Assembly (NCBI GenBank): GCA_964466315.1
Contig: CAYXNS010000005.1
Location: 17,498-81,497, forward strand
Source of the DNA: an uncultured Gammaproteobacteria bacterium
GTDB lineage: Bacteria > Pseudomonadota > Gammaproteobacteria > Steroidobacterales > Rariloculaceae
Reading direction: 5' to 3'
DNA: 64,000 nt
Part shown: piece after piece, positions 47,671-54,360 of the stretch
Numbering within the stretch: the first letter of the stretch is position 1
How the letters are laid out: each line of letters begins with the position of its first letter
The notes under the pieces: model-generated
Told to the model about the DNA's origin: nothing
Seen by the model: the letters and a program-made list of their open reading frames with translations, nothing else
Database searches by the model: none
Position numbers and translations under genes: made by a program

Positions 47671-48599
47671 TACGCAGATTGCTCCTGCGTCTTCTGCGTC
47701 ACGAGGCCCATAAAGAGTTCTTCCAATCGATTGCTCTTGGTTCGCATACTCGAGACGTGCAGTCCGTGCACCGACAGTGTACCGAAGAGAGCGTTCAAAT
47801 CCTGCTCGCTGGACACTTCCACCTCGATCTCGTGTTCGTTTCGCAACCGCACTTCGTAGCCGTCGAGTTTGGGTGCCTCGCTCAGTGGTTGCTGCAGTGT
47901 GAGAACGAATATCTCCCGCTGTAATTTGTTCACGACATTGACCATCGTGTCGTTCTCGATGATTCGCCCATCATCGATGATCGCGATATTCCTGCAGAGG
48001 CTCTCGGCCTCTTCGAGATAGTGTGTCGTCAAGATGATCGTCATGCCGAGATCGTTGATGTCACGCATGAGTTGCCACATGGAGCGGCGGATTTCGATAT
48101 CGACGCCCGCCGTGGGCTCATCCAGCATCAGGAGCCTTGGCTCATGCACGAGCGAGCGCGCGATCATGAGCCGGCGCTTCATCCCTCCTGAGAGTGTCCG
48201 CGCGATATCGTCACGCCGGTCCCAGAGGTGCAGTGCCTTCAGGTATTTCTCTGCACGGGTTTTAGCGATCCGTCGCGGCACACCATAGTAACCAGCCTGA
48301 TTGGTCAAAATGGTTGCGCAAGTCTCGAACACGTTGACGTTGATCTCCTGCGGAACCACCCCGATACAGGCCTTGGCCGCCTCCGGGTAGCGATCAATAT
48401 CGTGGCCGAACACGCTGATCTCGCCGCCTGTTTTGTTGACCAGAGATGTGATGATGCCGATCGCCGTCGTCTTTCCGGCACCATTCGGCCCGAGCAACGC
48501 GAAGAAGTCGCCTTCTTCCACAGTCAGGTCGATGCCTTTGAGCGCCTCCAGGCCGTTGGAGTAGACCTTGCGAAGTTCATTGATGACGAGTGCGTCCAG
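47670..48599 (-). CDS. yadG: ABC transporter ATP-binding protein YadG-like (probable CTG start)
   Basis: GPNGAGKTT, LSGGMKRRL, LMLDEPTAGVD. The conserved N-terminal strand (DALVINELRKVYSNGLEALKGIDL) extends upstream of the first canonical start (GTG 48521). The only candidate is CTG 48597-48599, 8 nt after GGAGGG. Confidence 0.75.
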   Translation of the reverse strand: MDALVINELRKVYSNGLEALKGIDLTVEEGDFFALLGPNGAGKTTAIGIITSLVNKTGGEISVFGHDIDRYPEAAKACIGVVPQEINVNVFETCATILTNQAGYYGVPRRIAKTRAEKYLKALHLWDRRDDIARTLSGGMKRRLMIARSLVHEPRLLMLDEPTAGVDIEIRRSMWQLMRDINDLGMTIILTTHYLEEAESLCRNIAIIDDGRIIENDTMVNVVNKLQREIFVLTLQQPLSEAPKLDGYEVRLRNEHEIEVEVSSEQDLNALFGTLSVHGLHVSSMRTKSNRLEELFMGLVTQKTQEQSA

Positions 48600-48732
48600 T
48601 GGAACGGCCCTCCATGCCGCGCGTCGGGATGTCGCATTAAAAGGCGCTCTATTCTACTCAAAACACAGAGCCACCCACGGTGAATATCGCTAAGACAGCG
48701 GCGTGACGGGCGTGAAAAAAGGCGCGGAAGAA

Positions 48733-48751
48733 GGGGCCGTGTCCCGTTTTT
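48733..48751. repeat. motif family copy e (GGGGCCGTGTCCCGTTTTT)
   Basis: Lies between the FlhD-like stop (48774) and the yadG start, flanked by GGCGC/GCGCC arms and an A6/T6 tract. Confidence 0.35.
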
Positions 48752-48773
48752 GCGCCCCTCTTTTGTAGCCCGT

Positions 48774-49376
48774 CTATTTATTGACGACGTCGCCTACAAA
48801 GGATGCAGAGACAGGGCTCGCCGTACCGGGCGGAGTTCCGCGTCGGGATGCAGGGCGATGAGCCGCAGGGCGCGCGGCATCTCGGAATCCGTACGTCTGA
48901 TCAGACGTCGCCCAGAGCGACTGTGCGCGAGGGAACGCACAGTGCAACAGGCCGGGGGCCGCTGCCATGAGCGGCAACTCGGAGAGGGGAATGGTGCGCA
49001 GGCGGCGGGTCGCAGCGACCGAGAGTCTGAGAAACATGCGGGCCTGAAAATCACGCTGCCGGCTCATATTCCACGCGCTGTGCAGTACGGTCAGTGAAAG
49101 TGCCTGGCGACTGTGGTCCAGAGCACCACGCGGATGTTGTCGCTGCTCGCGTGCGGCAGTGATGTTATCCAGATCGAGAATGAACAGCGACCGTGGAAAC
49201 GCGGCCATTGCTTCGAGCGTGGCCGACGAATGCTCGCGCAATCTCTTCACGATGCTGGCGGGCAGGCCCAGGCAATCGCCGCCCTCTCGCGCACACGATC
49301 TCAGGTAGAGCAGGAAGAGCAGATTCAGTTCCTGAATCTCCTCAAGTTCGGCCGAATCGGGTGCCTCGTAAAACAT
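48774..49376 (-). CDS. FlhD-like protein, apparently two tandem FlhD-like domains
   Basis: Residues about 15-70 (IQELNLLFLLYLRS...LGLPASIVKRLRE..LEAMAAFPRSLFIL) and about 93-150 (LSLTVLHSAW...MFLRLSVAATRRLRT..LPLMAAAPGLLHCAF) both follow the FlhD helix pattern as I recall it. ATG 49376 preferred over TTG 49379. Confidence 0.5.
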   Translation of the reverse strand: MFYEAPDSAELEEIQELNLLFLLYLRSCAREGGDCLGLPASIVKRLREHSSATLEAMAAFPRSLFILDLDNITAAREQRQHPRGALDHSRQALSLTVLHSAWNMSRQRDFQARMFLRLSVAATRRLRTIPLSELPLMAAAPGLLHCAFPRAQSLWATSDQTYGFRDAARPAAHRPASRRGTPPGTASPVSASFVGDVVNK

Positions 49377-49404
49377 CAATCAGGATCCATTTTGGCTTAG
49401 AATT

Positions 49405-49416
49405 ACCATATATGGT
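49405..49416. promoter_or_regulatory. perfect palindrome ACCATATATGGT with a half-repeat ACCATATATAG at 49425-49435
   Basis: Sits in the 94-bp AT-rich divergent intergenic region between the FlhD-like and FlhC-like genes. GGCTTAG also occurs twice (49394-49400, 49444-49450). Confidence 0.35.
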
Positions 49417-49470
49417 CCTATAATACCATATATAGCAAATATAGGCTTAGTTGCAGAATCTGGCCGATTC

Positions 49471-50079
49471 GTGAATAAAGCCAAAAAAAAGGCCCCAGTG
49501 AGAGCGGCAGATAACCGATATCGAGGCGAACGCGCTCGTTTCGAACTCGCCATGCACATGATCCAGCGCGAGGCTCGGACCGGAACAATTCGCTACTTCA
49601 CGGGTTTGAGTGACGATCGAATTCGCAAGCTCTATACGAGCTATTTCAAGTACGACGACTCGGCTTCGGTCAAGCGCCGTCGCAGTAAGTCACCGACTCA
49701 AATTGCACCATTGATTCAGACACCCGAACGCACGCTGGAATCGGGCGTCTTCGTGAGTCTACTGCGTGCGAACGGTTTAACCGGCGACGACGAGACGCCT
49801 GCACCCGTATTGCGGGGCAATGTAGATCTCGGGCATCGATTCTGCCAATGTTACGAGACACATCTACTCGTCGTGCCCGATCCCGTGCTGTCTTTCGAAT
49901 GGGGCTGGAATTTGTTACTGGGTATTCGTCGAGGAGACGAATTAGGCATCATGCGTTGCGAGGACTGTTCCATGAGCTATGTCTACGACCTCCTGGCGCT
50001 ACCCCGTAGCGCTTGCCCAGCCTGCCTCTCGCTGCACGTCCCACGGTACGACGACAGTTTCTCCTCATCCATGGCCTGA
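49471..50079 (+). CDS. FlhC-like zinc-binding transcriptional regulator
   Basis: ELAMHMIQREARTGTIRYFTGLSDDRIRKLY parallels the FlhC N-terminus. Also LSFEWGWNLL, and a CxxC...CxxC cluster (CEDC...CPAC). GTG start. Confidence 0.6.
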   Translation: MNKAKKKAPVRAADNRYRGERARFELAMHMIQREARTGTIRYFTGLSDDRIRKLYTSYFKYDDSASVKRRRSKSPTQIAPLIQTPERTLESGVFVSLLRANGLTGDDETPAPVLRGNVDLGHRFCQCYETHLLVVPDPVLSFEWGWNLLLGIRRGDELGIMRCEDCSMSYVYDLLALPRSACPACLSLHVPRYDDSFSSSMA

Positions 50080-50084
50080 TTTCC

Positions 50085-50831
50085 ATGTGCCTGGCTGCTT
50101 TCTCGCTCCACGCTTCGGCGGAGTACTCCTTCGTGTTCGCGGCGAATCGTGACGAGTTGCACGAGCGACCTACAGCGCCCGCGGGTTGGTGGGACGATCA
50201 TGACGGCATCCTCGGCGGCCGAGACCTCGTCGCCGGTGGAAGCTGGCTCGCCATAGATCGCAGCGGGCGACTCGCGGCGGTCACGAATTTTCGCGAAGAG
50301 GCCAAAGCGGATTATCCGCTCTCGCGCGGCCGCCTCGTGCAGGACTATCTGACCTTTTCCGGCGCCCCGAGAGACTATCTCGAGACCGTGAGAGCGAATG
50401 AACACGATTATGGCCCCTTCAATCTCGTGATCTTCGATGGGCGCAAGCTCTATTACGCGAGTAACCGCTCGTCGGGATACGAACTCGATCCCGGGATCTA
50501 TGCAATCAGCAATACGCACTTCGATACGCGGTGGCCGAAAGTTACCCATGCGCGGGCACAACTCTCCGCCTGTCTGGGCGGAGACGACGCGAACGACTGT
50601 CTGTTCGGCTTGCTCGCGGACGAAACGCTGCACGGCGACCAACCCACGACGCCCGATCGTACGACTCGGCTCATGTCGACGGTCTTCATAAAGGATGCGC
50701 TTTACGGCACGCGTTCTTCTACTGTCGTCTCGTTATCGCGAGACGGGAAGTTATTCTTTAGTGAGCGCCGTTTCGGAGCCGGAGGCATCAAGCTCGGCGA
50801 GAGCTCGGAGAAGTTCGAGATCCTGCCCTAG
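50085..50831 (+). CDS. NRDE-family protein (TANGO2/DUF833 homolog)
   Basis: Starts MC..., has the ANRDE motif (FVFAANRDE), GGSWL and AVTNFRE. Begins 6 nt after the FlhC-like stop. Confidence 0.75.
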   Translation: MCLAAFSLHASAEYSFVFAANRDELHERPTAPAGWWDDHDGILGGRDLVAGGSWLAIDRSGRLAAVTNFREEAKADYPLSRGRLVQDYLTFSGAPRDYLETVRANEHDYGPFNLVIFDGRKLYYASNRSSGYELDPGIYAISNTHFDTRWPKVTHARAQLSACLGGDDANDCLFGLLADETLHGDQPTTPDRTTRLMSTVFIKDALYGTRSSTVVSLSRDGKLFFSERRFGAGGIKLGESSEKFEILP

Positions 50832-50864
50832 CGGCGGCGGCGAAGAAGGGGGGCCGTTTATGGG

Positions 50865-51539
50865 TCAAGCAAGGCGAGCACGCAACCAGCGATTGATGTC
50901 GGCGATTTCCACGGGACAAACGGCATGAGCCATCGGATAGCTGTGCCAATCGATCTCGTAACCCTGCCGTTGGAGCGTTTCTCGAGCGGCTAGCCCCAGC
51001 GTCTCCGGCACGACGTTATCCTGCGCGCCATGCGCCATGAACAGCGGAATAGCGGTATTGGCCGGGCTCTTCTCGTCAGCGAGCTTCCAACTCAGCGGCA
51101 AGTACGTCGACAAAGCGAGCACACCGCCCAAACGCTCCGGGTAGCGCAATGCGATGTGTAATGCGATCCCGCCGCCCTGGGAGAACCCCGCGACGACGAT
51201 TCGCCGAGCGCCGATACCGCGCTTGACTTCCGCGTCGATGAGCGCCGCAACGGCCGCGGAACTCGCATAGATGCCGGCTTCGTCCTCGAGATCGGTGCGC
51301 TCCAGCGACAGGATGTCGTACCACGCGCGCATGCGCGCACCCAGGTTGATCGTCACGGGCCGGACAGGCGCGTGCGGAAAGATGAAGCGCGTGGCGCAGG
51401 GCAGATCGAGTTCGGGCACGAGGGGCGCGAAATCGTGCCCATCCGCGCCTAAACCGTGCAACCAGATTACGGCAGCATCGGGCGCCTCGCCGGTCGCAAT
51501 CTCCAGGGCTTCTAGCGTTTCGGTCATCGTCGTCCTCAT
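50865..51539 (-). CDS. alpha/beta-hydrolase carboxylesterase/phospholipase (Est-II type)
   Basis: 224 aa with LHGLGADG, GFSQGG and MAHGAQDNVV. Confidence 0.8.
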   Translation of the reverse strand: MRTTMTETLEALEIATGEAPDAAVIWLHGLGADGHDFAPLVPELDLPCATRFIFPHAPVRPVTINLGARMRAWYDILSLERTDLEDEAGIYASSAAVAALIDAEVKRGIGARRIVVAGFSQGGGIALHIALRYPERLGGVLALSTYLPLSWKLADEKSPANTAIPLFMAHGAQDNVVPETLGLAARETLQRQGYEIDWHSYPMAHAVCPVEIADINRWLRARLA

Positions 51540-51563
51540 CGTGTACGGGATCCTTGCAAAATT

Positions 51564-51589
51564 TGCGCATAAGCATTAATGTATGCGCA
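51564..51589. promoter_or_regulatory. 8-10-8 palindrome TGCGCATA-N10-TATGCGCA (candidate ArgR operator)
   Basis: Read directly, immediately upstream of argR. It overlaps the alternative ATG at 51583 and has an AT-rich centre (AGCATTAATG). Confidence 0.35.
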
Positions 51590-51615
51590 AGTTTATTCAC
51601 GAAGGTCCTGAGATC

Positions 51616-52080
51616 ATGCCCAGCGCCGCCGCTCAGCAGCAAGCCCGCCGCCGTGCCATCGCCGAACTCTTGAAGAACAACACCATCATTCGCCAGACGG
51701 AGTTGGTGCAGCTGCTCCGTGGCGAGGGGTATGACGCAACACAGTCCAGCGTCAGCCGGGACCTCAAGGACATGGGCGCCGCCAAGCTCAACTCGGGCTA
51801 CAGCTTGCCCGAACGGCACAATGGCGACAACGAGCAGCGACTCCAGGCGGTCGCCGAGTTCGTTCGCGACATCCGGGCGGCCGGACCGAACATGCTCGTG
51901 ATAACGACGGCGATTGGCGCCGCGCAAAGAGTCGCCCTGACACTGGACCGGATCGACTGGCCCGAGATCGTCGGCACGCTGTCCGGTGACGACACGATTT
52001 TCATCGCGACGACCGGCGCGGCTCCGCTGCGGCGATTGAGCTCCCGGTTGCGTCAGAAATTAGTTAAGGCGAGGTCATGA
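51616..52080 (+). CDS. argR: arginine repressor
   Basis: RQTELVQLLRGEGYDATQSSVSRDLKDMG winged helix, and a C-terminal GTLSGDDTIFI. ATG 51616 preferred over 51583. Confidence 0.8.
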   Translation: MPSAAAQQQARRRAIAELLKNNTIIRQTELVQLLRGEGYDATQSSVSRDLKDMGAAKLNSGYSLPERHNGDNEQRLQAVAEFVRDIRAAGPNMLVITTAIGAAQRVALTLDRIDWPEIVGTLSGDDTIFIATTGAAPLRRLSSRLRQKLVKARS

Positions 52081-53285
52081 GCAATAACGACAACCCCATC
52101 ATTCTGGCTTTTTCCGGTGGCCTCGATACCTCGTTCTGCGTGCCGTGGTTGAAGGAGACTTACGGCCGGCCGGTCGTAACCGCGACTGTCAATACGGGCG
52201 GACTCGATGCGGTGGCGACGGAGGCGCTTGCCGACCGCGCCAAACTGCTCGGTGCCGTCGATCACGTCCTCGTCGAGGCGCGAGATGAGTTCTTCGAGCA
52301 GGTCCTGAAATTTCTGATCATGGGTAACGTGCGGCGTGGCCAGCTCTACCCACTCTGTGTCGGGGCCGAGCGCGGCATTCAGGCGCGCTACCTGGCCGAG
52401 CTCGCCTCGACACGCGGCGCCACCACAGTTGCGCATGGCTGCACGGCGGCCGGCAATGACCAGGTCCGATTCGAGATCATCCTCAAGACGCTCGCACCGG
52501 CGCTAGAGATCCTGGCGCCGGTTCGCGATCACTCGTGGGCGCGCGAGGATCAGCTCGCTTACCTCGCGAAGCACGATCTTCCCGAACCCGCCGCTGGCTC
52601 GGCCTACTCGATCAACCGCGGCCTCTGGGGCATCACGATCGGCGGTACGGAAACCCTCGATTCGCTGGGATCGATCCCCGAATCCGCGTGGGTTCTGAGT
52701 GCGGGCGCTTTCGAGTCGCCTCCAGAGGCCGAGAAGCTCTCGGTCGAGTTCGCAAAGGGCATCCCGATCGCGCTCAACGGTGAGGTGCTCGCGCCCGTCG
52801 CACTGATCGAGCGACTCGAGGAGCACGGTCAACGATTCGGCATCGGCCGCGGCATTCACCTCGGCGACACCATCCTTGGCACGAAAGGCCGAGTCGCCTT
52901 CGAAGCTCCCGCTGCAGACATACTGCTGACCTGTCATCGCGAGCTGGAGAAGCTCACGCTGAGTGCGTTGCAGCAGCGCATCAAGGAACAAGTGAGCCTG
53001 ACCTACGGCGATCTCGTGCACGAAGGCAAACAACTGGATCCAGCATGCCGCGACATCGAGGCGTTACTCACCTCATCGCAAGCCCGTGTCACGGGCACCG
53101 TACGCTGCCTGTTGCGTGCGGGAAACGTCTTTGTGACCGGTATCGAGTCGCCACATTCACTGATGGCTGCGAGTTGCGGCAAATACGGCGAGTCGACGGG
53201 CGAATGGACGCCGGCCGACGCGCTTGGATTCTCGCGGATTCTCTCTCTGCCGGGCACCTTGTACACGCGTGCTGAAGGGGACTGA
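52077..53285 (+). CDS. argG: argininosuccinate synthase
   Basis: AFSGGLDTS, plus GCTAAGNDQVRFE. ATGA overlap with argR. Confidence 0.9.
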   Translation: MSNNDNPIILAFSGGLDTSFCVPWLKETYGRPVVTATVNTGGLDAVATEALADRAKLLGAVDHVLVEARDEFFEQVLKFLIMGNVRRGQLYPLCVGAERGIQARYLAELASTRGATTVAHGCTAAGNDQVRFEIILKTLAPALEILAPVRDHSWAREDQLAYLAKHDLPEPAAGSAYSINRGLWGITIGGTETLDSLGSIPESAWVLSAGAFESPPEAEKLSVEFAKGIPIALNGEVLAPVALIERLEEHGQRFGIGRGIHLGDTILGTKGRVAFEAPAADILLTCHRELEKLTLSALQQRIKEQVSLTYGDLVHEGKQLDPACRDIEALLTSSQARVTGTVRCLLRAGNVFVTGIESPHSLMAASCGKYGESTGEWTPADALGFSRILSLPGTLYTRAEGD

Positions 53286-53286
53286 C

Positions 53287-54360
53287 ATGCGTTCCTTGGT
53301 CGTAGACAAGATCGCGTCGGTGGCATTGGCCAGCGATATTGGCAGTGAGGTTCGGATAAGCCCGGACATCCCCTGCGAGGAGGGTGTCCTCGTCGCGGCC
53401 GAGGTTTTGAACAACAAGTCGCGCTACAACACGCTGGAATTGACGAGTGGCCGGATGGCGCAGGTCAAGCGCGGCGACATCATCGTGGGCGCACTGGGCC
53501 ACCGCAAAGCGCTGTTCGGCTACTTCGGTCATATCCCCGAGAAGCTCAGTGCCGGCGATGTCATTCAGCTGCTGAATCTCGGCGGCGTTCTGGGCGTCTG
53601 CGATTCAATCAATCCGAACCAGGGGCAACCCTTCGATTGCCGCGTACTCGGAGTCGTGCTGGACTTCCCTTACCTCGGCGAGCGAATCGGCGTGCCCGCA
53701 CGGGTCGGCACGCAGAACCAGAGCGAATCGTCATCCCTGGACGTCGGCGACATCCCTGTGGTCGCGATCACGGGTACCTGCATGGATTCCGGTAAGACGG
53801 TCGCGGCCTGCACGGTCATCAGCCGCTTTCGTCACAATCGTCTGACGGTCGATGCTTTCAAGAGTACGGGCGTCGCGCTGCGACGAGACATCCTGGCAAT
53901 GGAGGACGCAGGCGCACGACATACCAGCATCTTCTCCGATCACGGCATTGTCGCAACAACCTCGAAAAACGCGCCCGAACTCACGCGCAAACTATTGCAG
54001 TCGCTCGCGGCGGGGCGGCCCGACGCCATCGTGTTCGAACTCGGGGACGGGTTACTCGGGGCCTATGGCGTCGAAGCGATTCTGCACGATACGGAAATAC
54101 GCGGTGCATTGAGCGCCGTCGTGCTTTGTGCGAACGATCCAGTCGGTGCGTGGGGCGGTGTCAAGTTACTGCGCGACAATTTCGAGATCGAGCCGACCGT
54201 CGTGACGGGTCCCGCGACCGACAATGCGGTGGGCCTGGAGATCATCGAACGACGGTCGGAGGTTCGGGCCGTCAACGCGCTGATACATGGCGCGGAACTC
54301 GGCGACCTGCTGCAGGACGCGCTCGGCATTGCCAGTACGCACGCGGAGACAACGTCATGA
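53287..54360 (+). CDS. uncharacterised two-domain protein with BioD/CobQ/DUF1611-like P-loop, embedded in the arg operon
   Basis: 357 aa with a GAAGGGGA SD. Starts 1 nt after the argG stop and has an ATGA overlap with argC. P-loop-like VVAITGTCMDSGKTVAAC. The N-terminal 150 aa are unrecognised. Confidence 0.7.
   Translation: MRSLVVDKIASVALASDIGSEVRISPDIPCEEGVLVAAEVLNNKSRYNTLELTSGRMAQVKRGDIIVGALGHRKALFGYFGHIPEKLSAGDVIQLLNLGGVLGVCDSINPNQGQPFDCRVLGVVLDFPYLGERIGVPARVGTQNQSESSSLDVGDIPVVAITGTCMDSGKTVAACTVISRFRHNRLTVDAFKSTGVALRRDILAMEDAGARHTSIFSDHGIVATTSKNAPELTRKLLQSLAAGRPDAIVFELGDGLLGAYGVEAILHDTEIRGALSAVVLCANDPVGAWGGVKLLRDNFEIEPTVVTGPATDNAVGLEIIERRSEVRAVNALIHGAELGDLLQDALGIASTHAETTS

Noticed and set aside
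48600-50900. Considered whether the FlhDC-like pair marks an ICE, prophage or genomic island.
   Set aside because: No integrase, relaxase, T4SS or phage genes, no tRNA, and no flanking direct repeats are visible. The flanking genes (yadGH, NRDE, esterase, arg operon) look like core genome.
51076-51927. 283-aa minus-strand ORF across the esterase 5' end and argR. Similar cases are 54771-55598(-), 59667-60629(-), 47194-47859(+), 38911-39582(-), 28343-28855(-) and 63566-63955(-).
   Set aside because: All overlap confidently identified genes on the opposite strand or in another frame, and all have the skewed composition of GC-rich shadow ORFs.
53224-54356. Upstream extensions in the ORF track: 53224 for gene X and 54126 for argC (a 77-aa Arg-rich leader).
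   Set aside because: The extensions overlap the preceding genes in other frames and lack protein-like sequence. ATG 53287 and ATG 54357 have SD sequences and give canonical N-termini.
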